Made by a program: the position numbers and the translations under genes. A model generated the notes under the pieces. It was not told the DNA's origin. It did not search any database and saw nothing but the letters and a program-made list of their open reading frames with translations. Shown here in pieces: positions 46,159-56,478 of a stretch of 64,000 nt of DNA (position 1 is the stretch's first letter; every line of letters begins with the position of its first letter). The stretch lies in IMG/VR virus record IMGVR_UViG_2551306637_000004, positions 14,592 to 78,591 of that record. One strand, written 5' to 3'. The stretch is from a virus. Taxonomy: Duplodnaviria > Caudoviricetes.

Positions 46159-46872
46159 ATGGACCCGATCCAAGCAGCAATGCAGCGCGCGAAGGATGCA
46201 GCGGCAGGCGCCATCGCGAATGCAGCAGCAGGTGCAGCAGCAGCGCCGACGACCGGCACGGCGGTCGCCGCAGTCGGTGCGGCCGGCGGTGCTGTCGCAG
46301 TTCCCGGCCAGAAGCTCTCGATGGAGCAACTGATGTCGGCGGGCATGGCGGTCGACCTCTGGATCAAGCCGAAGGAATTCGGTCTCCAGGTCGGCGCAAG
46401 CGCAAAGCTCGTGCAGTCGTTCGAGGCGGTTATCGATATGACGGAAGGCACTGGCTTCATGGTCAAGATGTCGATCAAGGCCGGCAACCCGGCGCAATAC
46501 TGGTCGACGTACGACGGCGTCACGAGCGACAAGGGCATCCCCTGGTCTGAAGCACAGGCCAAGGCCATCGCTCTGGACGCGAAGGCCCGCGCATACCGCA
46601 GCGCCGACGTGCCGATGATCCTGACGTCCGACATCGTCTCCGCAGACGGTGAAGTTCTGGCCAAGGCTGGTCAGCGCGTCGGCTACGCGACGTCGACGAC
46701 CAACTGGCGCGCGTGGCAGGACTTCTACCAGAAGGTCATGGAAGCGAACGCTGGTGGCCAGCGCGTGGACGTGAAGGTTGGCTTCCTCCGGATGACCAAC
46801 AAGAACAACAACGCGTGGGGCATCATGACCTGGGAATACCAGGGCATCGAAGCGGAAGCCGAGCCGGCGTAA
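46159..46872 (+). CDS. Putative ssDNA-binding/replication protein
   Basis: Strong RBS, Ala-rich N-terminus, acidic C-tail, own terminator, between helicase and exonuclease. Confidence 0.5.
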   Translation: MDPIQAAMQRAKDAAAGAIANAAAGAAAAPTTGTAVAAVGAAGGAVAVPGQKLSMEQLMSAGMAVDLWIKPKEFGLQVGASAKLVQSFEAVIDMTEGTGFMVKMSIKAGNPAQYWSTYDGVTSDKGIPWSEAQAKAIALDAKARAYRSADVPMILTSDIVSADGEVLAKAGQRVGYATSTTNWRAWQDFYQKVMEANAGGQRVDVKVGFLRMTNKNNNAWGIMTWEYQGIEAEAEPA

Positions 46873-46888
46873 GCCACAAGCTGTACGG

Positions 46889-46920
46889 AAAGCCGCGAGT
46901 CAAAAGCTCGCGGCTTTTTT
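46889..46920 (+). terminator. Rho-independent terminator
   Basis: AAGCCGCGAG/CTCGCGGCTT stem plus T-run. Confidence 0.8.
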
Positions 46921-46939
46921 CATGTCCTGCGAGGTCATC

Positions 46940-47716
46940 ATGGGTTTGCATTTCATCGACGGAAACAACCGTTTCCGCACCATCTTCGAAACCAGCGGCT
47001 CGATTCGCAACGTGCTGGTCGACATGAAGATGCTGCCGATGTTCGACACCATCATTTGGGTTTGGGATGGACACGGCGCGAAGGACCGACGCCGCGCGCT
47101 CTACCCCGGATACAAGGTCGGCCGGCAAAGCGCCGTAGACGAGTTCTACAAGACGATGGACCTGTTCAAGCAGGTGCTGCGCTTCACGCGCTGCATGTCG
47201 CTTGAGATCCCCGCATGGGAAGCAGACGACGTTATCGCCACACTGCATCGTCTCTACAAGGACCAGACCGACTCGATCACCATCCACTCGACTGACGGCG
47301 ACTACCTCGCGCTGTGCGACGGCAAGCACACGAAGCTCGAAGGACGCGACAAGGTCGAGTACGACAACACCGACTTCACCGAAGTGCGCCTGTACAAGAC
47401 GCTCGTCGGTGACAAGTCCGACAAGATCACCGGCATCCCCGGTTTCGGCGACGCGGCGTGGGAGCACTGCGACCGCGAACGCTGGATGCAGTTCTTCACC
47501 GAGGGCTACGTGCCCTGCTGGGATAGTGAAGCCGGCTCCTTCAACCTCGGCAAGAAGCCCCTGGCGTGGGTGAAGGAAAACGAAGCAGCACTGAAAGGCA
47601 TGTGGGAAATCACGGGCTTCTACGAAGTTGACCCGGACCTGATCGCAAAGCATCTGGTTGTCGGCCAGCACGACGACAAAGCAATCAACCACATCCTCTC
47701 AGATTTCATGATGTGA
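46940..47716 (+). CDS. 5'-3' exonuclease/flap endonuclease (PolI N-terminal type)
   Basis: IDGNN, VWDG, YKVGR, WEADDVIA, STDGD, LVGDKSDKITGIPGFG. Confidence 0.92.
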   Translation: MGLHFIDGNNRFRTIFETSGSIRNVLVDMKMLPMFDTIIWVWDGHGAKDRRRALYPGYKVGRQSAVDEFYKTMDLFKQVLRFTRCMSLEIPAWEADDVIATLHRLYKDQTDSITIHSTDGDYLALCDGKHTKLEGRDKVEYDNTDFTEVRLYKTLVGDKSDKITGIPGFGDAAWEHCDRERWMQFFTEGYVPCWDSEAGSFNLGKKPLAWVKENEAALKGMWEITGFYEVDPDLIAKHLVVGQHDDKAINHILSDFMM

Positions 47717-47738
47717 CCACCACCACAAGGATCAAAAC

Positions 47739-47927
47739 ATGGCCTCTGCTGAACGTATTCAGCTACTCGTCATTCAGGACGAGATTTCGAAGCTCCCCGA
47801 AGACGATCGCACGAAGATCGACGGCATCGCCGCCCAGTTCCGGGCGATGCTCGATGCGGAACCGACTCACGCGATGATGGCGCTTGCGCTGGTCGGCGCT
47901 GAAGCCGCCGACAAAGTGGCGGGGTAA
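47739..47927 (+). CDS. Hypothetical protein
   Basis: AAGGATCAAAACATG leader. Confidence 0.7.
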   Translation: MASAERIQLLVIQDEISKLPEDDRTKIDGIAAQFRAMLDAEPTHAMMALALVGAEAADKVAG

Positions 47928-47930
47928 GCG

Positions 47931-50615
47931 ATGGACAAGGATCGCAAAGTCCTTGTCGATGCGCGCAACATCGACGCTCTCCTTCCGCAGATCATCGCGG
48001 AAGTAGCGTCGGCCGGATTTATCGGTTTCGACATCGAGACCGAGGACTCGCGCAGGCATGCAGGCCTCGCCGAGATCATGAAGGTCGACGACGAGGGCAG
48101 GGGGACGAACAAGAAGCTCATCTTCGACACGAACCGCACGACCGTGTGTGGCTTTTCGGTCTACCCGGATGGTAACCATCTCGGCTACTACGTCAACCTC
48201 GCGCACGCCGACGCCGAGAACCGTGTGCCCTGGGAGGTCGCGCGCCAGATTCTCGACGCCCGCCAACCGGACTCTTTCTTCATCATCCACAACGCTCAGT
48301 TTGAGTGGGTCATGATGATGAAGTCGCTCGGCTTCGACATTCCGGAAGATCGCGTCATCTGCTCGTTGCAGCTTTGCGTGTCGGCGTATTCGCCCGACAC
48401 GTACTTCCGCGACAAGTTCATGGAGTCGGGTCTCGGCGGCATCGAGAAGATCCTGCCTGTGGTTGCTCGTGTGTTTTCTGGCTACCAACCGGGTCAAGAT
48501 CTGAACTCCGAGCAAGAAGAACTGTTGCAGAAGGTCATCGGCAAGGAGTCGAAGGCCGCGCATAGCTGGAATGGCTACGTCGACTCGATGCGGATCGGCT
48601 ACGACCTGAAGCGTGCCGTGAAGAGCTGGTTCGGCTACGCGATGGCCACGTTCGAAGAGACGCTGGGCGAAGAAGTCCACATGGGCATGCTGACCGGCGA
48701 GGAAGTCTACGAGTACGGCGTGGACGATGCCTACTGGTGTGTTCAGCTGTTCCACCGTGTGCTTCAGCACATGATGGAGACCAACCCAGCGGTCTTCAGC
48801 ACGTTCATGGAACAGGAGATGCCGTTCGTTCGCATCGCGGCCGAGACGTGGGGTCACGGCATCAAGCTGAACGGGCCGGCTGTGCTGCGTCGGCGGGACG
48901 AAGAGCGTGCCAACGAGGCCGCGTGCCTGCGCAAGATGAAGGCTGCGGTGCGCGCGATGCTGCCGTTCCCGGACGAGCCGCACGACAAGCTGCTGAAGTA
49001 TGACAAGTGGTACGCGAAGTGGCAGACGTATCGCGCTCAGATCGAGAAGTGGGCGAACTCGTCGAACAGCGACGATGACTTCATTCAGTGCATGCAGACA
49101 CGCGGCCCGGTTTCGAACGCGTGGGCGCTGGAGCGCAAGGTGCGCGAATCGACGGGCGTCAACCTTGTCCACTACATGCCGATGCGGACGATCATCTACG
49201 ACCTGATGCGCGGCTCCTACATGCAGTCCAACGGCAAGACGCAAAGCGATGGCGACTGCCGCGAAGAGCTGAAGCGCCGCTGGATCAAACGTCACCGCGA
49301 CGCCGGTCTGGAGATCGACGATAACGGCGAAGTGGCACCGGCGCTGAAGCTGGGCGTGACGCTGAACAAGCGTATGCAGATCGACCACTTCGAAGCCGGC
49401 ATGATGATCTTTCAGTGCTACGACGAGCTGGCCTCGATCTCGCAGCGGATGAAGCTCTACCTGACGCCTTACCTACGCCTCGTGGACCCTGACACGGGCC
49501 GTGTGTACCCGCAGCTGCGCTCGCTGCTCGCGACGCGCCGCAGTTCGTGCCAGGACCCGAACGGGCAGCAGCTCAGCAAGTACGGCGAGTCGGTGTACGT
49601 GCGTGGCTTCTTCGAAGCCGACGATGACGACGCCGAAGGCGAGGAGCACGTGCTGGTGTCGGCCGACTGGTCCGCCGTCGAGCTGGTGATCGTGGGCGAT
49701 TACTCGAACGACTCAGGCTTCCGCGAGGCCTACGGCCAGCGCCCTCACGCGGATCTGCACAAGAAGGCCGTGACCGGTCTGATGAACCTTACCGACGAAG
49801 AGTACGCCGTCCACCCGGATCGGAAGATGCTGCGTCGCGACGTCGGCAAGGTGGCGAACTTCAACTACTGGTACTCGGGCGCACTGGGCACCGTGGGCGA
49901 GAAGCTTGGCTGGTCGAGCGACTTCATGTGGGAGATGGTCGATCGCTACCGGGGCACGTTCCCGGACGCGGAGCAGTGGCGTGTCGACACGATCCAGGAA
50001 GCCCGTGACAACGGCTACGTGCAGCTGCCTGACCACCATCGGCGTGACCGTTACGAGTCGACGTACGAGTGGGTGAACGTCATGCGGCAGAAGTTCGCGT
50101 CGTACGGTGACCCGGCCATTGCTGCGTTCGGCGAGCTGGTGATCAAGAAAATCAACCGCCGCGCCGGCAATCAGTCGGTCAACGCGAAGGTTCAAGGCTT
50201 GTGCGCGGCGCTCGCGAAGCGTGCGATGAAGCGCATGAAGGCCAAGATCAAGGAGATGGGATACCGCGCCCGCTTCTACCTGCTGGTCCACGATGAATTG
50301 ATCTACTCCGTCCCGCGCTCGCAGGTGCTCGACTTCTGCGAAACGCTGTACGAAGTGATGATCGAAGACGCCGGCCTGATCAAGAACCTGAAGCTCGACT
50401 CGTCGCTCGCGATCGGCCGCACGATGCAGCCGTGGGATCTCAAGAAGGCCCCGGATGGCCAGATCGAACTCATGGAGATGCAGAGGGGCCTGCCGTGCGT
50501 CAGCGAAGACCGCTGGGAACAACGAGCCACGCGCGAAGAGCGTCTGGCGATCCTCAACTACATACTCGACGGCATGCCCGTCGCAGCTAACGAAGCAGTG
50601 GAGTGCGCAGCATGA
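47931..50615 (+). CDS. polA: DNA polymerase family A with 3'-5' exonuclease
   Basis: Exo motifs DIETE, HNAQFE, YGVDDA; polymerase motifs DWSAVEL, KVANFNYWYSG, LLVHDE. Confidence 0.95.
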   Translation: MDKDRKVLVDARNIDALLPQIIAEVASAGFIGFDIETEDSRRHAGLAEIMKVDDEGRGTNKKLIFDTNRTTVCGFSVYPDGNHLGYYVNLAHADAENRVPWEVARQILDARQPDSFFIIHNAQFEWVMMMKSLGFDIPEDRVICSLQLCVSAYSPDTYFRDKFMESGLGGIEKILPVVARVFSGYQPGQDLNSEQEELLQKVIGKESKAAHSWNGYVDSMRIGYDLKRAVKSWFGYAMATFEETLGEEVHMGMLTGEEVYEYGVDDAYWCVQLFHRVLQHMMETNPAVFSTFMEQEMPFVRIAAETWGHGIKLNGPAVLRRRDEERANEAACLRKMKAAVRAMLPFPDEPHDKLLKYDKWYAKWQTYRAQIEKWANSSNSDDDFIQCMQTRGPVSNAWALERKVRESTGVNLVHYMPMRTIIYDLMRGSYMQSNGKTQSDGDCREELKRRWIKRHRDAGLEIDDNGEVAPALKLGVTLNKRMQIDHFEAGMMIFQCYDELASISQRMKLYLTPYLRLVDPDTGRVYPQLRSLLATRRSSCQDPNGQQLSKYGESVYVRGFFEADDDDAEGEEHVLVSADWSAVELVIVGDYSNDSGFREAYGQRPHADLHKKAVTGLMNLTDEEYAVHPDRKMLRRDVGKVANFNYWYSGALGTVGEKLGWSSDFMWEMVDRYRGTFPDAEQWRVDTIQEARDNGYVQLPDHHRRDRYESTYEWVNVMRQKFASYGDPAIAAFGELVIKKINRRAGNQSVNAKVQGLCAALAKRAMKRMKAKIKEMGYRARFYLLVHDELIYSVPRSQVLDFCETLYEVMIEDAGLIKNLKLDSSLAIGRTMQPWDLKKAPDGQIELMEMQRGLPCVSEDRWEQRATREERLAILNYILDGMPVAANEAVECAA

Positions 50616-50830
50616 GCAACAAAGTCACCAAGTCGACCACGATGGTCGCGTTCGAAACCATGAGCGGCTACGAGTCGCGCGCCGGATCGCAGAATCGACC
50701 CGGCACCGAAGCGCTCGAATGGGGCCTGCGCGAGATCGTCCGCGTCATGACCATCAACGGTGACAAGGCGAGGGTCGCCGAGATCGTCGCCGAAGCCACC
50801 GCTGCCGTCGAGAAGGATCTGACGTCGTGA
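50612..50830 (+). CDS. Hypothetical protein
   Basis: ATGA coupling. Confidence 0.6.
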   Translation: MSNKVTKSTTMVAFETMSGYESRAGSQNRPGTEALEWGLREIVRVMTINGDKARVAEIVAEATAAVEKDLTS

Positions 50831-51057
50831 AGTCGAAGCTCACGCTCCAGGATCTGACGCGTGAGCAGCGCAACGACCTGCGGAAGATGTGTATTCCGCG
50901 GGTCGTGCTGGACCTCTTGCAGCTGATCCAAGAAAAAGACCACGAACTGGCCACCCTGAAGAACACCACCACGAAGGACCAATCATGTACCGCTTTAACC
51001 GACTCATGGCCGAGTGCCGTGCAACCACATCTCGCATCGAGAAGACGGAAGCTCTGA
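50827..51057 (+). CDS. Hypothetical protein
   Basis: GTGA coupling; overlaps the ligase start. Confidence 0.5.
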   Translation: MKSKLTLQDLTREQRNDLRKMCIPRVVLDLLQLIQEKDHELATLKNTTTKDQSCTALTDSWPSAVQPHLASRRRKL

Positions 51058-52274
51058 CGAAGCTCGGCGCGAACGAAGATGAATTCGCGAAGACGATGCT
51101 GGTCGCTGCGCTGTCGCCATTTGTGACCTATGGCGTGAAGAACTTCGACATGCCGACTGGCTTCGCGGTGGAGAACGTTGACGCTGGCGTGATGTTCCTC
51201 CAACTGCTGGACGACCTTGCGGTGCGCAACTACACCGGGAAAGCCGCGCAGTCGGCAATCGCGAACGTGCTGTCGCACTACACGCACGAGACCGCCGAGA
51301 ATATGTCGTGCGTGCTCCGCAAGGAACTGCGCATCGGCATCGGTGCGACCGAGATCAACAAGGTCTTCCCGGACCTGATCCCGGTCTTCGACGTGATGCT
51401 GGCTGAGAAGTGGGAACCGGGCGTCACCGATATCATGTACCCGGCGCAGGCCGAGTTCAAGATGGACGGCCAGCGCGACACGGTCTTCGTCATCCCCGGC
51501 CAGCCGTGCGAGCACTACTCGCGCGAAGGCCTGCGCCAACCGTGGATCGAGGGCCTGTTCGACGACGAGATGCAGGCGATTCGCCAGCGCCTCTGCGGCG
51601 ACGAGGCGATGGTGCTCGACGGCGAGGCGATGGCCCACGTCGTCGATCCGACGAAGAAGCATCCCTCCTGGACGGCCACGATGAACTGCAAGAAGGAGGG
51701 GGCTGACCGCTCGAAACTTCGCTACTACGCCTACGACTGGATGCCTATGTCGGAGTGGGTGAAGCGTCAGTGTTCGCGTCAGCAGGATCTTCGAAGCTTG
51801 ATGCTCGACGCGGCAATCAGCGATCTGGCGCTCAGCAAGATCTACCCGTCATACAAGGAAACGGTCTCGGATCGTGCCCAGGTCAACGCTATGTTCGATC
51901 AGGCACTCTCGCTCGGTTATGAAGGCCTGATCGTCAAGGACCCGAGCGCATTGTACGAGTGGGACCGCTCGACGTCCTGGCTGAAGGCGAAGCCGCTGCA
52001 TACGGCCACGCTGCGAATCGTCGGCGTCTATGAGGGAAAGAAGAAGGGAAGGAACGAGGGTCGCCTCGGGGGCTTCCAGCTCGAAGGAACGATTGAGGAT
52101 GGCACCGAGATCAAGACCGATTGCGGCGGTGGGTTCACGGATGATCAGCGTGAACTCTTCTTCAAACATCCGGAGATGGTTGTGGGCCGGATGGCTGAAG
52201 TCGAGTACATGGAAGTAACGAAGAAGAACGCGTTGCGTAACCCGGTATTTCTGCGGTTTCCGGACGGTAACTAG
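50985..52274 (+). CDS. ATP-dependent DNA ligase
   Basis: EFKMDGQR (KxDG), LDGE, YAYD, EGLIVK, WLKAK, OB-fold; AAGGA RBS before ATG 50985. Confidence 0.95.
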   Translation: MYRFNRLMAECRATTSRIEKTEALTKLGANEDEFAKTMLVAALSPFVTYGVKNFDMPTGFAVENVDAGVMFLQLLDDLAVRNYTGKAAQSAIANVLSHYTHETAENMSCVLRKELRIGIGATEINKVFPDLIPVFDVMLAEKWEPGVTDIMYPAQAEFKMDGQRDTVFVIPGQPCEHYSREGLRQPWIEGLFDDEMQAIRQRLCGDEAMVLDGEAMAHVVDPTKKHPSWTATMNCKKEGADRSKLRYYAYDWMPMSEWVKRQCSRQQDLRSLMLDAAISDLALSKIYPSYKETVSDRAQVNAMFDQALSLGYEGLIVKDPSALYEWDRSTSWLKAKPLHTATLRIVGVYEGKKKGRNEGRLGGFQLEGTIEDGTEIKTDCGGGFTDDQRELFFKHPEMVVGRMAEVEYMEVTKKNALRNPVFLRFPDGN

Positions 52275-52351
52275 CATATAGTCGCCGAACTTCTTCGGTG
52301 GTTATCTCCATATAATGCTTAGCACACCACCACCACATCAGTAAAAGAAAA

Positions 52352-52759
52352 ATGAGCATTGCATGGAAAGACGCGGAGAGCGAGTTCGAGTCGTTCTTCG
52401 CGCCCTTCGGCAAGCGCGCGCATGTGCAGCGCTTGACCGACACCGCCTACGTTCGCGGTTCGACAGGGCGGGCCGCATCGTTCAAAGATGCGCAACCGTC
52501 TGACTACATCATCACTCTTGAAGGGACCACGTTCTACGCTGAGGTCAAGAGCACTCAGAGCGAGCCGTCGTTTCCCTTCAGCATGATCAAGAAGAGCCAG
52601 TGGGCAGCAGCCCGAATGGTCACCGCAGCTGGCGGACATTACCGCTTCTACATTCGCCGCGAGACGACGAAGCGCTGGTACGTCGTCCCGGCAGTTGTAT
52701 TCATCACCCATACAGCCAAATCGATCCGCTGGCACGAGATCGATGGCTACCTCATCTAA
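52352..52759 (+). CDS. PD-(D/E)xK Holliday junction resolvase-like nuclease
   Basis: PSDYII...FYAEVKST. Confidence 0.75.
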   Translation: MSIAWKDAESEFESFFAPFGKRAHVQRLTDTAYVRGSTGRAASFKDAQPSDYIITLEGTTFYAEVKSTQSEPSFPFSMIKKSQWAAARMVTAAGGHYRFYIRRETTKRWYVVPAVVFITHTAKSIRWHEIDGYLI

Positions 52760-52772
52760 CAAGGATCAAAAC

Positions 52773-53375
52773 ATGACCAAGTATCTCGACGTGATGGTCG
52801 ACCTGGAAACGACTGGCACTCAGCCTGAGCGCACGGCAATCATCGAAATCGCGGCGGTTCGCTTCGATTTCGCATCGGGCGAGATCATGCCCGAGATGTT
52901 CAACCGCTGCCTGATGATTCCGCATGGTCGCTTCTTCGACGAAGAGACCCGCAACTGGTGGCTCAAGGACAAGCGCGAGATCCTGCAAGGCATCTACGCG
53001 CGGATGGAGCGCCCGGAGGTTGTGATGCAGGCGTTCCGCGATTTCCTGCTGCGTGACGTCGACACGTACAACGAGAAGCTGCGTTTGTGGGCGAAGCCGT
53101 CGCACTTCGAATATCCCTTCCTCGAAAGCTATTTCAAGGAATTCGAGATTGGCAATCCGTTCCACTACCGCGACACGAACGACATGAACTCGTGGATTCG
53201 CGGGCGCTACTGGCCGCAGCAACCGCCCGAGTTCGAACGAAACATCCCGTTCGAAGGCGACGCCCACAGCGCGCTGTTCGACGTGCTCCACCAGCTCAAG
53301 GTCCTCTACGCAGTGCGTGACCACTCCACGAAGCACCCCAGCCTCGCAGCAGCCGGCGACGTCGTCGAAGCATAA
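52773..53375 (+). CDS. DEDDh 3'-5' exonuclease
   Basis: VMVDLETTG...HSALFD; AAGGATCAAAACATG leader. Confidence 0.88.
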   Translation: MTKYLDVMVDLETTGTQPERTAIIEIAAVRFDFASGEIMPEMFNRCLMIPHGRFFDEETRNWWLKDKREILQGIYARMERPEVVMQAFRDFLLRDVDTYNEKLRLWAKPSHFEYPFLESYFKEFEIGNPFHYRDTNDMNSWIRGRYWPQQPPEFERNIPFEGDAHSALFDVLHQLKVLYAVRDHSTKHPSLAAAGDVVEA

Positions 53376-53443
53376 GCGGTAGCGCAACCGAGAGAGCAGC
53401 GCGCTACGGCGCGCTGTACCACCACTTCACTAGGTTGTGAATC

Positions 53444-54448
53444 ATGAAAATCGAAACTATCGCCGGCCTCCGGGTCGGCTTTCTTGGCGACCCCCATCTC
53501 GGTCGTGCTTTCCTGACCGGTGTCCCTCTTGATCGTCGCGGCGAGCGCGAGCGAACGCAGATGCACGAATTCGTCGAGTCGTTGTTCGCGGACGTCGACG
53601 TGAACATCTGCCTCGGCGACATCTTCGACACGTTCGTTGTTCCTCCCGAGATCGTCCTGGCCGTCGCGTCGTCGTACCGCGAAGCAGCGCGCGCTCGACC
53701 CAACACGTGGTTCATCCTCACGCGTGGCAACCATGATGCTTCGCGCGACGCCGACAAGCGCAGCTCGTTCGACCTGTTGTACCAGCTGCTCGACGGCATC
53801 GAGAACATCGTCATCGCGAAGGACGACGTCCAGGTCGTCGAACACGGCATCTTCCGTCTCGGCGTCGTGCCCTGGCACCCCTTCATCAACTCGAAGGAAA
53901 TGGCGCGCAAGCTGGTCGAAGACGGCTACAAGGAGTTCGATCTGATCGTCGGCCACTGGGATCGCGTCACGTTTGAGGACAACCCGCACAATGCGATCCC
54001 GATGCTTGAGCTGCGCCCACTGACGAAGCTGGTCGCCAGCGGCCACGATCACCACCCGTACGACGAAGTGATCAACGGCGTGCGCGTCGTGTTCCCCGGC
54101 TCAATGCAACCGTACGCACACGGCGAAAACGACGAAGACGGGCGCTACGTCACGCTCACGCTGGAAGAGCTGCGCGCAGTCGTCGCTAGCACGCCGGCCC
54201 AGTTCCACGACGTGGCCGTGCGTGTGCTGCTCAAACCGGGCGAGCAGATCGATTTCCCGGTTGACGCGTGGGCACTGACGACAAAGCCGATTGCCGACAA
54301 CGGCGAGGAGTACGTCGACATCACCATGCAGACCGAGTCGTTTGACATGGTCGACATCCTGTCGCGCTGCCTGACAAAGCACAACGTCACCGCCGAGACT
54401 TCAAACGAAGTGCTCGCCATGTATCAAGAACGCCGTAACGCTGCTTGA
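53444..54448 (+). CDS. sbcD: Mre11/SbcD-like metallophosphoesterase nuclease
   Basis: GDPHLG, GDIFD, GNHD, GHW, SGHDH; adjacent to an SbcC gene. Confidence 0.88.
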   Translation: MKIETIAGLRVGFLGDPHLGRAFLTGVPLDRRGERERTQMHEFVESLFADVDVNICLGDIFDTFVVPPEIVLAVASSYREAARARPNTWFILTRGNHDASRDADKRSSFDLLYQLLDGIENIVIAKDDVQVVEHGIFRLGVVPWHPFINSKEMARKLVEDGYKEFDLIVGHWDRVTFEDNPHNAIPMLELRPLTKLVASGHDHHPYDEVINGVRVVFPGSMQPYAHGENDEDGRYVTLTLEELRAVVASTPAQFHDVAVRVLLKPGEQIDFPVDAWALTTKPIADNGEEYVDITMQTESFDMVDILSRCLTKHNVTAETSNEVLAMYQERRNAA

Positions 54449-54458
54449 GGAAAGCATC

Positions 54459-56471
54459 ATGCTGCTGAACCTGAATATCAAGAACGGCTACCGTCACCCG
54501 AACTCGACGTTCGTGTTTCCGATCGGCCAAACGGCGATCACGGGACCGAACGAGTCGGGCAAGAGCGTCACGCTGGAGATGATTTTGTTCGCGCTGTGGG
54601 GCAGCGTCGCGCTGCGCGGCGCAGCCGACGACTACAAGAAGCTCGAAGTGACGCTCGAATTCCTCGTGCGTGACCAGACCTATCGCATCGTCCGCACGAC
54701 GAAGAACGCGAAGCTGACGCGCGCTGGTGAAGACGTCGCGACGGGCACGAAGCCGGTCAACGCGAAGATTCGCGAGCTGTTCGGCTACGACTACGACGTG
54801 TTCACGATGGCGAACGCCGTGCTGCAAGGCCAGATCGAGAAGCTGTCGGACGCGAAGCCGACCGAGCGCCGCAAGATCGTCGACCAGACGATTGGCCTGA
54901 ACGTGCTTGACGACATCGTGACCGATCTCGGCAAGCAAGCGCTCGCGTTCCGCAATCAGGCTGACGGCATCGCCGCGGTGCTGCGCGAGCCGGTCAAGCC
55001 CGAGCAGCCGGTCGACTTCGAGTCGAGCACGACGCTCGGCCAGAAGCGCGACAACGTCGCGACCCTGGTCAACGAGCTGAACCAGCTGCGCGGTATGGTG
55101 GCCCACAAGCCGTCCGAGCCGGTCGCCCCCACGTGCGCCATCGGCGAGACCGTCGAGACGCTACAGAGCCTGATTGCGGCCCGTAACGAGCTGGTTGCGG
55201 CGAAGGGCACGCTGGAGAGCGCAGCGGCTGATCAGCGGGCTACCCTGAAGCGTCTGAGCGACGGACTCAAGGCAGTGACCAGGGACGGCACCGTGGCCCG
55301 TCTGGAGGCTGACATCGGCCGCATCGAGAAGCAGATCGCCGGCCTGGCAGAGCCGGTGCTGACGATCGACCAGATCGAAGCGCTGGAGCAGCAGCACATC
55401 GATCACGACATGTGGGTGCAGAAGCAGAAGCTGTTGGGGCAGGGCGAGCACATCTGCCCGAGCTGCGACCACCACTGGCCGATCGCGTCAGCCGCGCTGG
55501 CGCCGTACGCAGCGGTGGTCGATACTGCCGCGCCGTCGATGACGCGCGTCGAGCTGAACGCCCAGCGCGCGCTGCACGGCAACACCGAGCGCCGCGCCGC
55601 GCTCGCCCAGGAGATCGTCGAGTTGCGCGAGCGCATCGAGCGCACGAAGCAGGAAACGCAGGCTGCGATGGACGCCCAAAAGGCGAAGATCGTCAAGGCC
55701 GAACAGGAGGTCGCCGAGACTTCCGAAGCGGTCTTGACCCTTCAGAACGCGATTGACAATACGCCCGATCGCAGTGATGACCTGAAGGAGCGTCAGGCGT
55801 ACGAAGGTCAGCTCGTCGCGCACCATGCGCAGGTGCTCAGCTACAACGAGTTCTTCGCGAAGCTGGCCGAGCGCGAGGCGCGCGTCGAGGAGCTGGCCGG
55901 CGTCGAGGCCGAGCTGGGCAAGCTGGACGAGCAACTGGTCGCTGCGCGCGCCTACGAGCAGGCCGTGGGCGCGTACGAGGCGCAGATGGCCACGTACAGC
56001 GTCGACAAGGCGAAGCTCGACGCGTTGAATGCCGCTGCCGATGACAAGGCCGCGGCGAAGGCGGCGGTAGCGGAAGCGAAGCTCGTGATCAAGTCGCATC
56101 TCGTGCCGTCGCTCAACAAGGTAGCGTCCGTGCTGCTCAACCAGATGACCGGTGGCGCACGTACGTCGATCGTGGTGGATGAAGACTTCAACATCACGGT
56201 CGACGGCCAAGCAGTGCAAACGCTGTCCGGTTCCGGAAAGGCTGTCGCGAATCTCGCACTCCGGATTGGTCTCGGTCAGGTGCTGACCAATGGTGTGTTC
56301 TCCGTCTTCATGGCCGACGAGTTCGACGAGTCGATGGACGCACAACGTGCTCAGTACACCGCCGAGTGTCTGCAACGTCTGAAGGAGACCATCAAGCAGG
56401 TGATCATTGTTACGCACAAGCGCCCGATCGCAGACCACATCTTCACTCTCCCTTTGAAAGAGGCCGCATGA
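54459..56471 (+). CDS. sbcC: Rad50/SbcC SMC-like ATPase
   Basis: Walker A GPNESGKS, coiled coils, CPSC zinc hook, LSGSG signature, Walker B ADEFDESMD. Confidence 0.93.
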   Translation: MLLNLNIKNGYRHPNSTFVFPIGQTAITGPNESGKSVTLEMILFALWGSVALRGAADDYKKLEVTLEFLVRDQTYRIVRTTKNAKLTRAGEDVATGTKPVNAKIRELFGYDYDVFTMANAVLQGQIEKLSDAKPTERRKIVDQTIGLNVLDDIVTDLGKQALAFRNQADGIAAVLREPVKPEQPVDFESSTTLGQKRDNVATLVNELNQLRGMVAHKPSEPVAPTCAIGETVETLQSLIAARNELVAAKGTLESAAADQRATLKRLSDGLKAVTRDGTVARLEADIGRIEKQIAGLAEPVLTIDQIEALEQQHIDHDMWVQKQKLLGQGEHICPSCDHHWPIASAALAPYAAVVDTAAPSMTRVELNAQRALHGNTERRAALAQEIVELRERIERTKQETQAAMDAQKAKIVKAEQEVAETSEAVLTLQNAIDNTPDRSDDLKERQAYEGQLVAHHAQVLSYNEFFAKLAEREARVEELAGVEAELGKLDEQLVAARAYEQAVGAYEAQMATYSVDKAKLDALNAAADDKAAAKAAVAEAKLVIKSHLVPSLNKVASVLLNQMTGGARTSIVVDEDFNITVDGQAVQTLSGSGKAVANLALRIGLGQVLTNGVFSVFMADEFDESMDAQRAQYTAECLQRLKETIKQVIIVTHKRPIADHIFTLPLKEAA

Positions 56472-56478
56472 GGAATTA

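Noticed and set aside
47763-49388. 541-aa minus-strand ORF (likewise 21565-22863, 5078-7498, 55488-56492, 57343-58449)
   Set aside because: Antisense to well-supported genes; no motifs or RBS
47931-50615. Modified-base (DpoZ-type) polymerase system
   Set aside because: No purZ or other base-modification genes in the window; motifs are ordinary family A
53444-54448. Metallophosphoesterase as an anti-Pycsar/CBASS enzyme
   Set aside because: Adjacent Rad50-like ATPase makes SbcD the simpler call; Apyc1 is a metallo-beta-lactamase fold, not this one
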